Assembly: GCA_963718635.1 (NCBI GenBank)
Contig: OY970367.1
Span: 4,499,922 to 4,563,921 of the forward strand
Reading direction: 5' to 3'
Source of the DNA: an uncultured Planctomycetota bacterium
GTDB lineage: Bacteria > Planctomycetota > Planctomycetia > Gemmatales > Gemmataceae
Length of the DNA stretch: 64,000 nucleotides
The notes below the pieces were generated by a model that was given only the letters and a program-made list of their open reading frames with translations, was not told where the DNA came from and searched no databases. This document shows, in pieces, positions 19,501-28,777 of this stretch. The first letter of the stretch is position 1; every line of letters starts with the position of its first letter. The translations under genes and the position numbers were made by a program.

Positions 19501-20110
19501 CTAAGCTATATTGATCGCAGAAGCGGCTGATCCAGCCTTCGAAGGTCTCCGGCGCGGCATAGACGGGCGTAACCCCACCTGTGACAGCGGCGCGTATGCC
19601 TTCAAAATCTTTCGCCAGCCCGAAGTCGGCAACTTTGACGTGGTTATGGACGAGAAAAAGATTCTGCGGCTTGATGTCGAGATGCTGAATCTGATAGTGC
19701 GAATTCATCAGGTCGAGCACTTCGGAGGTCTCGTCCATATAACGAAGCAATTCATCGCGAGGCAGCCCGACCAGTCCCTGATTACGGCATTCGTGAAAGC
19801 GGTCCCAAAGATTGCGATCCGCCAGCTCCATCACGATCATTAGCTGCCCGGCGATAATGTCGAACCGCTCGATCGACAGAATATAGGGGTGCCGGATGGT
19901 CTTGACGCGATGAAGGGCTTTGAGCTCCTGCTCAGCGGCCTTGTTGTCATCGCCTGCCTGATCGAGATCGCCGTAAACGAACTTGATGGCCTTGAACAGG
20001 CCGCCCGGTGCTTCCGCCTTCCAAACCTCGCCGTACCCGCCCCGGCCAAGGCGCTCGATGAGCCGGTAGCCAGGCAGCGGCTCGGCATGTTGCATCAAAC
20101 GCGTGTTCAT
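16514..20110 (-). CDS. Ser/Thr protein kinase fused to a tubulin/FtsZ-like GTPase domain (Tubulin_2-type), 1198 aa
   Basis: N-terminal kinase: GRGGYGEVWKA, AIKFV, HLDIKPQNLFL, DFGLA, APE. A Pro/Ser-rich linker follows. Then MPVYIVGAGKVGLQVMQRL and ...VASSLCGGTGAGMLIDLAY, which match the tubulin/FtsZ nucleotide-binding G-box (GGGTGSG-like). A long helical C-terminus follows. Confidence 0.85.
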   Translation of the reverse strand: MNTRLMQHAEPLPGYRLIERLGRGGYGEVWKAEAPGGLFKAIKFVYGDLDQAGDDNKAAEQELKALHRVKTIRHPYILSIERFDIIAGQLMIVMELADRNLWDRFHECRNQGLVGLPRDELLRYMDETSEVLDLMNSHYQIQHLDIKPQNLFLVHNHVKVADFGLAKDFEGIRAAVTGGVTPVYAAPETFEGWISRFCDQYSLAIVYQELLTGVRPFSGTNTRHLLMQHISAVPDVSSLPPNEREAVSRALSKKPEDRWPTCGDFVRAIRESNSAPARVPIVPVAPTVDPLRTVPNFRPGKTPDTASAQPMFTPPNPELSPLPSPLTQRPPVILKGLPRLVTPGSAASQAAARGPSPTPMATPITIQRPTAFETGQISSLGIAPPEKNGEGVLMPVYIVGAGKVGLQVMQRLRAYLHDRLGRGDFPHWKWLFIDTDLETVHSATNAEKREALSMDEVCHAKLHRPGHYLKREGLPSPDTWMSNETLYRIPREPATDGIRALGRLALLDHYPTISQKIRKDLETFLSDDVLLEADRQTKLGIRGNRPRVYVASSLCGGTGAGMLIDLAYIIRQEMRQMGFTKPHLTGLLLTPGVERTTPKTLPIANVCTTLAEIDHFSQPSARFEARFDTRLPSVADPERPFERCVLLSLPRSPSKTAPPNADRAAGLIYQETLTPLGRGIDEARTAYQKQRAPVGVSLQSFGFYRITWPRQRLLDTIAERFAARTIQQWCTKDAAPIRGAVAEWFNDQWKKQQLDPASLSSVLEAGLANALNEKPEVLIEAEAQNLPHEPALAAKMEVNDVLAIVERVLQIVGKPGADEEYTPGRLVGLLEAIAKPLTKESEVKFAKMAVHFVEQPQFRMAGAEDAIRLCTERVQSLIDENERENLKRSRELEEEFSRMLAMLGALSQGGFFKAEKRRAAAVADLNTWMLNWPGKRLQFLLSRYIISIYRQMLGNAPEYLREVSLCRQRMSEVAGQMQKMAEASSDPGPSQDHPILPSGCRNLLEAADRFIAEQPPEAIRELEDHLQQQIRRHLRGLVNVCLSMNESGVRFKELLIAQFRAFVDARLGQHTPAEEFFRNRPDAQLAQREILLAYDESTPEPFGPTVRQEAQSLLIGVTSDAHGKRLMETAQELIPEFQIRVSPSANEIVLYREFHDLVISETPQAGALAAEAVRAVKTTEKINPHSRTDVQWASFLRE

Positions 20111-20280
20111 GAAGCGAAACCTAAGTGGACCTTATCTTAGCGCTGACAACGCCGGTTCAGGAACCAGACATGGCCCCCAGTCCATGAGTCAGTATAGTTC
20201 ACGATTGAGGCGATGTCTTAAAGCCATTATGCGGATTTATTGGACTGATCTTCGGGAATACTGCCTCGATTGAATTCATC

Positions 20281-20688
20281 ATGGCGAAAGTCTATGCTTT
20301 ATCGCTCAAACAACCTTGGGCGGAGTTGGTTGTTTCCGGCAAAAAGACAATTGAAGTGCGCTCCTGGGCGACCAAAATTCGGGGCCCGGTGCTCGTTCAT
20401 GCGGCCCGCATCGCCGACCCACGTCCCGAGGCATGGAAATGGATTACCGACGATATGCGACCGCTGACCGAGCTGACGGGCGGCGTTATCGGGCAGGTTG
20501 AGTTAGCAGATTGCATCGCCTATCCTGACCAAACAAAATTTGCAGCCGATCGCAACCGGCACTTGAATGATCCGGCCTGGTTTCAAGAACGCGGGTTATT
20601 CGGCTTCATTTTCAACAATGCAGTGCGCCGGCCATTTCATTCTTGGACGGGCAACGTACGCTTTTTTACCGTGGAAGTTGACGACTAA
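20281..20688 (+). CDS. ASCH (PUA-like) domain protein
   Basis: ALSLKQPWAELVVSGKKTIEVRSW is the ASCH N-terminal signature. Confidence 0.65.
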   Translation: MAKVYALSLKQPWAELVVSGKKTIEVRSWATKIRGPVLVHAARIADPRPEAWKWITDDMRPLTELTGGVIGQVELADCIAYPDQTKFAADRNRHLNDPAWFQERGLFGFIFNNAVRRPFHSWTGNVRFFTVEVDD

Positions 20689-20726
20689 GAGCGTTTTGAA
20701 ATAGCGACCGCGGCAGGAGAAACTCA

Positions 20727-21434
20727 GTGAAATTGCTTGTGAGTGTCCGGTCGTGCAAGGAAGCCGAAGCCGCGTTACTCGGTGGAGCGGATCTTATCGA
20801 CATCAAAGAGCCAGCTCACGGGCCATTGGGCCGCGCTTCCGATGAGACGATTTCGGCCATCGTGGCGATTGTAGCAGGCCGGGCGCCCGTTAGCGCAGCG
20901 ATGGGCGAGCTGAACGATCCCACAATTACAGAATCGCACTCATCACCCGATTTCATCAAGTTTGGCTTGGCCGGATGTCGTAACCTCGACTGGCGCAACA
21001 AGCTGCAGCAGTGGCGCGCGGCAACATCAGCCCTTGTCGTTCCGGTCGGCTATGCAGATCATCACCTCGCGGAGGCGCCGTCGGTCGAGGAAATCGTTCA
21101 ATTCGCAATCGAGAAGCGCTTCCCGGCTTTTTTGATTGATACGTTCGACAAAACGAGTGGCGCGTTGTTCGATTGGCTTTCGGAATATCAACTTGGCGCC
21201 ATTGCCGCCCGACTTCGACAAGCGGGGGTCGCTTTTGCTGTGGCCGGGTCCTGTCGCATCCACCATTTGCCGTTGCTGCAATCCATTGAACCGGCTTGGC
21301 TAGCGGTGCGTGGCGCCGTCTGTCGGGAGTTTGATCGTAACGCCGAAGTTGATAGGGTGCTAGTCCACTCGCTGAAGCTGAAGCTGATGAAATTCGCTAG
21401 TCGAACGGACTCCGTCGATAGCGCGTCCGACTAG
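20727..21434 (+). CDS. DUF556 / (5-formylfuran-3-yl)methyl phosphate synthase-like (MfnB-like) protein
   Basis: MKLLVSVRSCKEAEAALLGGADLIDIKEPAHGPLGRAS matches the N-terminal consensus of the MfnB/DUF556 family, which is linked to the H4MPT/methanofuran pathway. Confidence 0.5.
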   Translation: MKLLVSVRSCKEAEAALLGGADLIDIKEPAHGPLGRASDETISAIVAIVAGRAPVSAAMGELNDPTITESHSSPDFIKFGLAGCRNLDWRNKLQQWRAATSALVVPVGYADHHLAEAPSVEEIVQFAIEKRFPAFLIDTFDKTSGALFDWLSEYQLGAIAARLRQAGVAFAVAGSCRIHHLPLLQSIEPAWLAVRGAVCREFDRNAEVDRVLVHSLKLKLMKFASRTDSVDSASD

Positions 21435-21649
21435 GAACATGTTCGTTCCACCACTTGCTATCGAAACCTACACCCTGGCACGGATACGCGAACGGAAGAA
21501 GTTTCAATTCTGAACAACCCCAATTCCCTCGCGTTTCTCGACATGAATGACTGTATAGCTGTCAAGCGGTGTTGATCTGAAGTCTGGCTCATCCGGGGGC
21601 AGCGCGGTAATCAGATCGTTAGCGACTTGTTGCCCGACACGCATGAACC

Positions 21650-22535
21650 TCTGCCGTTCAGGAAAGCGAGCGTCTTTCTAACTGCAGTTCTTCGAGCGAA
21701 GTTGCTGTGATTAGGTCTTCGCCGAGTCTTTCCAACTGTTCGACCGTCAACTTATTCAGGTATCGTTCTGTCTCATCACTCACATCTCCAAACCGCTTGT
21801 TCAACAACCGCCTGACGAAAGCATGATGACTCCTAAAGAACCCTTTCTCGATTCCCTCGTCCCTTCCTCTTTCTATCCCTTTTCGTAGCTAGTTTGCCCC
21901 AACATACGTGCCTCCTGATATTTTGGAGTCAGCGAGAGTTGATCGTACTCGTTCAAACTCAATCCTTCCAGAGGAAGGTAAGCCTCCACGCATTCGCAAA
22001 GAAGGAACCGGCGGGATGGATCGAGTGGCGAGTTGGCCAGTTTCAGAATCGCATCCGCCCTCATCCGCGCTCGTTCCTCTTCCGGCATTTTCATTAAAGC
22101 AGACAACGCGACGCCAAGCCAGTTATCACCTTCCAGATATATCCTAGCGTCCAATGCGGGCAGGCCAACATAAGGATAGCGAAATGCAAGTAGCGATTCT
22201 TCCCACAGCGATTCCTGATGTACGCTCCAGCCGATTCCCTCGAAACCAACGTGCAGGTAGAGCCCGATTGGAAACACGGGGAGGAGATGTTTGGCCCGTA
22301 TGGCAGAATAATACCCGCACATACTCTGCGGCACCGCGGCTACACTATCGCCCGATTCAACTTCGACGTGAACCAGGATCACGAAAGCTTCCGCTTCGCG
22401 CGGCGATGTCTGCACCGACTGCACCAACGAAATCTGCGCGATCAAGTCGAGATGCCTACGGCGGCCTTGAGGTGGGTCGAGAAACACTTCCTGCTCAAGC
22501 CAATCGATTTCGTCCAGTCGAACCGTTTCGACCAT
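21650..22535 (-). pseudogene. Rpn-family recombination-promoting nuclease / PD-(D/E)XK putative transposase (Transposase_31 + DUF4351), frameshifted
   Basis: The 21873..22535 ORF carries the core FVILVHVEVES...YYSAIRAKH. The DUF4351-like C-terminus (LLNKRFGDVSDETERYLNKLTVEQLERLGEDLITATSLEEL) continues in another frame from 21873 down to about 21690. Confidence 0.5.
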
Positions 22536-22682
22536 TGAGGAAAGAAGAGTTCGATGAATTCACGAAAGAATACCTTGAAGCGTTGATCGTGATCGTCCAT
22601 TTCCCCGTTCTCTTTGGCTGAGCCGCTTTACGGAGACGCAGTCGCCTGTTAGGGTAAAGGAAAAGGGTAAGGCTTCAACCGT

Positions 22683-22910
22683 TTGCCGGAGTTTGTCATG
22701 ACCAACGAAGGACCCGATCGCCAGCAGGCCAAATTGCGTGAATTCATGAGCCTGCTGCCGCTGACGATAGAACTAGCCGGCCTAACGAAGGCCGAGGCAG
22801 GAAAGCATTTTACCGACGGACAGATGGAAGTGCGCGTCAACACGATCCGCAATGCGTACAAACTGGCGCGGCAGATGTTGATAGATATCTCAAAGCCATC
22901 GGAACCGTAA
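22683..22910 (+). CDS. Hypothetical small protein
   Basis: 75-aa ORF with no recognisable domain. Confidence 0.3.
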   Translation: MPEFVMTNEGPDRQQAKLREFMSLLPLTIELAGLTKAEAGKHFTDGQMEVRVNTIRNAYKLARQMLIDISKPSEP

Positions 22911-22915
22911 TGGCG

Positions 22916-23305
22916 TTAGGCAGACCTTCGCAGGGCAATAGCCGTGGCCGTCGCGTACGCTCGGGTGAATGACGTCGAAAGCTCAATGTCCGCGACGTCG
23001 AGCGTCTCGGCAGCATCGCGCAGAGCACCAAGGAATTGGGCTGAGGAAATTCCCGAATCGTCGCAACTGATTTCCACTTCGTTTCGGGCTGTCCCTTTAC
23101 TATTGGCGGAGCGCAGGCTTTTTAGCACAGCCTCTTTCGCTGCCCAGCGGGCGGCAAAATGTTCCGTCGGGTGCCGGCGCGACTGGCAGAACCGAATTTC
23201 TTTCTCCGTGTAGACCCGCCGTAAAAACAGTTCGCCATGTTCCTCGATCATTTTGCCAATGCGCAAGCATTCCACAATCTCAGTGCCAATGCCGATGATC
23301 TCCAC
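22916..23305 (-). CDS. acpS: Holo-[acyl-carrier-protein] synthase (4'-phosphopantetheinyl transferase)
   Basis: MEIIGIGTEIVECLRI...FAARWAAKEAVLK is the AcpS signature. Confidence 0.85.
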   Translation of the reverse strand: MEIIGIGTEIVECLRIGKMIEEHGELFLRRVYTEKEIRFCQSRRHPTEHFAARWAAKEAVLKSLRSANSKGTARNEVEISCDDSGISSAQFLGALRDAAETLDVADIELSTSFTRAYATATAIALRRSA

Positions 23306-23389
23306 GAGTGAATCTCCCTTAACGAACTACGCGAAGCCCAAGCCGCTTGCTAAAGTATCCCTTTGACCGCGACGACTCGAGGCAATGGC

Positions 23390-25636
23390 ATGGAACCATC
23401 CGACGACGATCTTCTTGCAGATCTAACCGAAGCGCAACAGCAGGCGGTGATGCACGTCGATGGACCATTACTGATTCTGGCGGCGGCAGGGAGCGGCAAG
23501 ACGCGCGTCATCACTCGCCGCGTCGCCTGGCTCTTACGCCAAGGCATTCGGCCTGGCAACATTTTGGCCATTACCTTTACGAATAAGGCCGCCGGCGAGA
23601 TGCGGCAGCGCGTCGAGGCTCAGGTGCCGGGCAATCGCGTGATGATACGCACTTTCCATAGCTTAGGCGCCAACCTACTGCGGCAGTATGCCGACCATTT
23701 CCATCACGATCGCAACTTCACCATCTACGATACAGACGACCGCAACAAAATCGTCAAGAACGCCCTTGATGCAAGCGGCTTGGACAATACGAAATTCACG
23801 CCCGACCGCATTGGCGGCGCCATCAGCAAAGCGAAGAATCAGTTGCTGACACCCGATCTCTATCTGCGCGATGCAAACGACTATTTCACGCAGGCTGTCG
23901 CCAAAGTCTATCCGATGTACCAGAAAAAACTGCGCGACGCCAACGCGATGGACTTTGACGATTTACTCTTTTTGCCGGCGATTGCGCTGCGGACTAATGA
24001 AGAACTGCGGGCGGACCTCGATGCTCGCTTTCGTTATATCTTGATCGACGAATATCAGGACACGAATCAGGCCCAATACGAGATCGCCCATTATCTCTCA
24101 AAGGATTTTCGCAACATCTGCGTCGTCGGCGATCCCGATCAATCGATTTATCGCTGGCGCGGCTCGGACATCCGCAACATCCTCGACTTCGAACGCGACT
24201 ATCCCGACGCTCGTGTCGTGTTACTCGGTAAAAACTATCGCAGCACGAAGGCCATCTTGCATGCAGCCGCGACGCTGATCGAACACAACACCCAGCGCAA
24301 AAAGAAGCCGCTGAACACCGACAACGGTGATGGCGAACCGGTCCGCGTCCTCACATTCGACACGGGAATGGATGAAGCCGACCAGATCGCTTATCGCATC
24401 AAACAAGCGGTTGCTGAAAATCGCCATGCGTATCGCGATGCGGCGGTATTTGTTCGCATGAACGCTTTGACGAGAACACTGGAATCCGCCTTTGTGAAAC
24501 ATGGCGTCCCCTTCCAGATCGTTAAGGGTTTGGCGTTTTTTGAACGTAAAGAAAATAAGGATGTGCTCGCTTATCTACGCGTGCTCGTGAACCCTAGCGA
24601 CAATATCTCCTTCCTACGTGCGGTCAATGAGCCGGCGCGAGGCATCGGCAAAGTGTCTCTTGAGCACCTGCAGCGCTTCGCCGAAGAACACGAAATGTCG
24701 TTGATGTCCGCCTGCGATCATATCGAGCGCGTAACGGCTCTGAAAGGAAAGGCAGCGGGCGGGTTGAAAGATTTTGCTCGGCTTATGACCGACCTGCGCC
24801 AGCTGCTCGAACTGCCGCCGGATGAAATCATCAAGCAGGTAATCGACCGCAGCGGTTATCGGACGATGCTAAGCGCATCGGGCGATCAGGAAGATGAAGA
24901 GCGACTGGCCAACATCGAAGAACTTATCTCGGCAGCGAAGCAGTTTGGCAAAGATAATGCGGCCGCGACATTGGGTGAATTCCTCGAGCAGATCACCCTG
25001 GCTTCAGATGTCGACGGCTGGGACGAACAGCAAGACCACGTTTCAGTCATGACGCTTCATTCAGCCAAAGGATTGGAATTTCCCATCGTCTATGTGATGG
25101 CGGTCGAAGAAGGAATCTTGCCGCACGAACGCAGCCTGCAAGACGGCAAGAACGAAGAAAAGGAAGAAGAACGCCGACTGTTATTTGTCGGTATGACACG
25201 AGCCATGAAAGAACTTTATCTAACGCACGCACGATTGCGCGACTTCCGCGGCCAAACTCTCTATGCGATTCCCAGCGAGTTTTTGAACGAGATGCCCGAA
25301 GCGGTGTTGCATGAAGTTCAATCGCGTCATGCGGGGCGTACGATGGCCCACGATCAATATCGCGGAGGAAACCCGGCGGTTGAATCTGCGTGGAAGGATA
25401 CGGGAGTGCCGCCGCGCGGGCCGCTCTTCGGCGCCCCGACTATAAACGTCGATGCCGATTATTCAGTAGGCCAAGTCGTGCAACACGATAGCTACGGCAT
25501 CGGCCAAATCACCGACGTTAGCGGCTTCGGCGCCCTGAGAAAGGTCAAAATCCGCTTCGCTAGCCAAGGCGAAAAAACCTTTATCGCCGACAAGGTGAAA
25601 CTCAAAGTGGCGCCCAAACGAGGGACGGCGACATAG
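23390..25636 (+). CDS. ATP-dependent DNA helicase, UvrD/PcrA/Rep family (SF1)
   Basis: Walker A AAGSGKTRV, motif ITFTNKAA, DEYQDTN, and a C-terminal UvrD_C plus Tudor-like tail. An upstream TTG at 23363 is an alternative start. Confidence 0.9.
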   Translation: MEPSDDDLLADLTEAQQQAVMHVDGPLLILAAAGSGKTRVITRRVAWLLRQGIRPGNILAITFTNKAAGEMRQRVEAQVPGNRVMIRTFHSLGANLLRQYADHFHHDRNFTIYDTDDRNKIVKNALDASGLDNTKFTPDRIGGAISKAKNQLLTPDLYLRDANDYFTQAVAKVYPMYQKKLRDANAMDFDDLLFLPAIALRTNEELRADLDARFRYILIDEYQDTNQAQYEIAHYLSKDFRNICVVGDPDQSIYRWRGSDIRNILDFERDYPDARVVLLGKNYRSTKAILHAAATLIEHNTQRKKKPLNTDNGDGEPVRVLTFDTGMDEADQIAYRIKQAVAENRHAYRDAAVFVRMNALTRTLESAFVKHGVPFQIVKGLAFFERKENKDVLAYLRVLVNPSDNISFLRAVNEPARGIGKVSLEHLQRFAEEHEMSLMSACDHIERVTALKGKAAGGLKDFARLMTDLRQLLELPPDEIIKQVIDRSGYRTMLSASGDQEDEERLANIEELISAAKQFGKDNAAATLGEFLEQITLASDVDGWDEQQDHVSVMTLHSAKGLEFPIVYVMAVEEGILPHERSLQDGKNEEKEEERRLLFVGMTRAMKELYLTHARLRDFRGQTLYAIPSEFLNEMPEAVLHEVQSRHAGRTMAHDQYRGGNPAVESAWKDTGVPPRGPLFGAPTINVDADYSVGQVVQHDSYGIGQITDVSGFGALRKVKIRFASQGEKTFIADKVKLKVAPKRGTAT

Positions 25637-25644
25637 AAAGAGTG

Positions 25645-26163
25645 TCAGATTCGGTTGATCAACTGCCGCAACCGGTGTTGCCATCCGCCACGCCGGTACA
25701 AAGTTATGGAATCTTTTTGCAGTAGAAGGTCAAAGTCATGACTCAAAAAACCCGCAGTACCAAGTAGGCAAGGCAGCGTATAGCCCTGAACCCGTTCCGC
25801 CCAATCTTCGACACTCGAGGGATTTGATCGCCGCGTGGGAGCCTCACCGACTGGCTCATCGGCAATTAAGACGGGCCAAGTGTATTCGTGCTGCCGCTGC
25901 TCGGGAAAGCGGAATCGCATATTTGTTAGTTCTCCAAGGCGCCTCGCGCCCGCCACTTTTATGGTCAACGGACGACCTCGACCGAAACGTAATAGACCGG
26001 ATCCGCGGACCTTAGGCACGATGCTGATCGGACACCCAGTATCAATTAAAAATCGCAATGTTCTCCAGCTTATTTCAGATGAAAACACTTCGATTTCGAG
26101 AACCGGATATGGGCAAAGTACATTGCTCGTATGCACGTATCTCAAGGGCTGCCGGATTCTCAT
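25645..26163 (-). CDS. Retropepsin-like (clan AA) aspartic peptidase domain protein
   Basis: FLIDTGCPISIV carries the D-T/S-G active-site motif. Confidence 0.45.
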   Translation of the reverse strand: MRIRQPLRYVHTSNVLCPYPVLEIEVFSSEISWRTLRFLIDTGCPISIVPKVRGSGLLRFGRGRPLTIKVAGARRLGELTNMRFRFPEQRQHEYTWPVLIADEPVGEAPTRRSNPSSVEDWAERVQGYTLPCLLGTAGFLSHDFDLLLQKDSITLYRRGGWQHRLRQLINRI

Positions 26164-26169
26164 GAAACT

Positions 26170-26547
26170 TCACGTAAAGGGATCGGGAAATCGCCCGAAC
26201 GATTCAGGAGTACACAATGTAACTTTTTGACTCTGTGAATCGGTCAAATTTCTCAGAATGAACGTAATGCGCTCGTCCCCGGCTGAACCATGGGCAAGAA
26301 CCACCCAATCTCTACCTTCATCGTAATAAAGTACATCCCGATCTCCATAATACATATCCAGTTTGACGGAATTCAGCAGATAAAGCTGCACTTTTTCCGA
26401 GCGCCATGTTGTTTGCCGCAGTTCGTCTTCTACTTGTTTCTGGAATTTCTCCGGAATTGGCTTTTCGCTCAGGCGGTCGCCGATCGGTTTGCCATCAGCC
26501 GTAAAGAACGGTGCATCGACAGCCGGGCGTGTTGTTGTTTCAGTCAC
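26170..26547 (-). CDS. Hypothetical protein
   Basis: 125-aa ORF with no domain. Confidence 0.35.
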   Translation of the reverse strand: MTETTTRPAVDAPFFTADGKPIGDRLSEKPIPEKFQKQVEDELRQTTWRSEKVQLYLLNSVKLDMYYGDRDVLYYDEGRDWVVLAHGSAGDERITFILRNLTDSQSQKVTLCTPESFGRFPDPFT

Positions 26548-26591
26548 AAAAATATCCTCATCAGATAAGATAATTGTAACTCGTAACTGAG

Positions 26592-28505
26592 CTAAAGCGA
26601 GACGGCTTTTTTCATTGCCTCGGCAATACGGCTCATTGATTCTTCACTCGTTCCGAAAGGCGGCATCGCGTAAAGAACGTTGCCTAACGGCCTCAAGAAG
26701 ACGCCCAGTTCGAGGCAGCAATGGCGCATGGCCCGACTGACCTCGGCAAGGTAGCCGCCTTCACCAGCAACCTCAATGGCGGCAATCGTGCCGCGAATCC
26801 GAACATCGCGCACGTTTGGCCGTTCGTTCAAAGGGCTCAACGTTTCGCGCCAAAAGCGCTCAAATCGAGCGGGGGCCGTCGGCCTTTCGCGCTTCAGCCA
26901 TTCGAGATTGGCGACCGCAATCGCACAGGCTAACGGATGCGCTGTGAAGGAATGCCCGTGAAAGAAAGTCTGCGCGCTATCGGCCGTGTCGAACATCGAC
27001 ACAACGTGCGGTGAAACAAGCGTGGCCGCGAGCGACAAGATGCCTCCCGCCAACGTCTTCGCGGTGCAGACAAGATCGGGGGCGATGCCTGCTGCCTCAA
27101 AGGCCCACATAGTGCCGGTGCGGTATAGGCCGGTCATTACCTCGTCGGCAATGAAGAGTACATTGTGCTTTCGAGTGACGTCGAAGATGGCACGAAGTTC
27201 TTCCGGCGAATGCATCACCATGCCACCGGCGCCTTGCACGAGCGGTTCGATGATGACGGCAGCAACCTTGCTGTGATGTTGCGATAAAACGTCGTCGAGG
27301 CTTTCAGCAGAAAGCGGAACGCGTTTCGCTTGGAACAACAGCGGTTCGAAGCGGCCGAAGAACAGCGGATCTCGGCCGACGGCCATCGCGCCAAAAGTAT
27401 CGCCGTGATAGCCGTTCTCAAAGCCGATGAAGAGCGTTCGCTGCTTTTCGCCACGCTGACACCAATACTGGTAGGCCATCTTGAGGGCGACTTCGACGGC
27501 GGTGCTGCCGTTGTCCGAGAAGAAGGTGCGCCCGCCGCTCCAGGGCATTGTCTCCAACAGCAACTCGGCTACGCGAATCGCCGGAGGATGGGTCACTCCC
27601 GCAAACAGAACGTGGTCGAAACACTGGGAGGCCTGACGAAGAGCAGCCATCAAACGTGGTTCGCGGTGCCCATGCAGAATCGTCCACCAGGAAGAGATGC
27701 CGTCGATGATTCTGCGACCATCCGCCAAATGCAGAAACTCGGCGTCGGCGCCAACGACGAGGAGCGGCGCATCAACCGCACGCAGCGATGTATACGGATG
27801 CCAAACAGAAGCAACGTCGGCTTCGAGCCAACGTTTCGATGAAGCGTCAACGCTGTACTGTTCGACGTCAGGTGATGATATCGAGTCGTGCAGTGCAGTT
27901 AACACAACTCTTTGTTGCAGTGAGGCCCCCGCAATATCTTCCCGGCTCCATGTTCTGGGCGGCGTTAAATGAAAAACGCGGGCAGCGCCGTGCTTTTCGA
28001 TCTGTTCAACCGCGTACGGGTCTTCATCGCCTAATAACACCACAGCCGACGGTTCTATTTCGTGAATCTTCAGCGCCTGCAACAGAGACAACGTTCGGCC
28101 AATGGCGCCGATCTTCGAACTCGAAACGAGAACGGTAGGAAAGCCGAGTTGCGTGATGAGGCTCAACTGTAGTTCGTCGTCATTAAGAGGCGAAAATGGG
28201 CTTCCGAAGGTTTCGATCAACAGAGGCGAAACCTTTGGCATCTGTTCGACAATACCAGCAGTGGAAGGGATCATTCGTCCCACGCGTCGCGCAGCAAGCG
28301 GAGGTGCGACCGCTTCATCGAATTGCGCTATCGGCGCGTGAACGACCGTCTCCGGAATTAGGTGGCATACCTTTTCGGAATCCGATTCACCCGTTTCAAG
28401 AGGCTTCCAGTAGTGCCAGTCGCCGGGAAACGCCGCTAGCCAAAGCAGCGCAAATGTTGTCTTGCCTGCATCGGTGTCGGTGCCGAGTATAGTGAGATTG
28501 GTCAT
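26592..28505 (-). CDS. bioDA: Bifunctional dethiobiotin synthetase / adenosylmethionine-8-amino-7-oxononanoate aminotransferase (BioD-BioA fusion)
   Basis: The N-terminus has the BioD P-loop GTDTDAGKT and WKPLETG. The C-terminal ~430 aa are a class-III aminotransferase (YHGDTFGAM, FIADEVMTGLYRTG). Confidence 0.8.
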   Translation of the reverse strand: MTNLTILGTDTDAGKTTFALLWLAAFPGDWHYWKPLETGESDSEKVCHLIPETVVHAPIAQFDEAVAPPLAARRVGRMIPSTAGIVEQMPKVSPLLIETFGSPFSPLNDDELQLSLITQLGFPTVLVSSSKIGAIGRTLSLLQALKIHEIEPSAVVLLGDEDPYAVEQIEKHGAARVFHLTPPRTWSREDIAGASLQQRVVLTALHDSISSPDVEQYSVDASSKRWLEADVASVWHPYTSLRAVDAPLLVVGADAEFLHLADGRRIIDGISSWWTILHGHREPRLMAALRQASQCFDHVLFAGVTHPPAIRVAELLLETMPWSGGRTFFSDNGSTAVEVALKMAYQYWCQRGEKQRTLFIGFENGYHGDTFGAMAVGRDPLFFGRFEPLLFQAKRVPLSAESLDDVLSQHHSKVAAVIIEPLVQGAGGMVMHSPEELRAIFDVTRKHNVLFIADEVMTGLYRTGTMWAFEAAGIAPDLVCTAKTLAGGILSLAATLVSPHVVSMFDTADSAQTFFHGHSFTAHPLACAIAVANLEWLKRERPTAPARFERFWRETLSPLNERPNVRDVRIRGTIAAIEVAGEGGYLAEVSRAMRHCCLELGVFLRPLGNVLYAMPPFGTSEESMSRIAEAMKKAVSL

Positions 28506-28547
28506 AGGCCAAAGTTGATTGTCGCAGATCAGCAGCAAAGAAATCAG

Positions 28548-28630
28548 GCGCGACGCGGAGGCTTTGCGCAGCGGAGCGATTTCAGCCGGAAATCGCTCCG
28601 CTGCGCAAAGCCTTCATATCGCGGCTAACG
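28548..28630. repeat. Family-B nested hairpin element: perfect 24-bp stem GGCTTTGCGCAGCGGAGCGATTTC / GAAATCGCTCCGCTGCGCAAAGCC
   Basis: Read directly. It is intergenic, between the bioDA start and the ThuA stop. Confidence 0.85.
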
Positions 28631-28777
28631 ATAAACGCGCTTGATAATTTTCATTTCGGCTCCTTCTTTTCCGGCGGCAAGATCGGCTTGAACTCACCTT
28701 TCCCTTTTCGATCTAAATTTTTGTTAAGGTCCGCAGCATCGAAGACGACCTTCGCCCCTCCTTCCGGGATGTCAATT

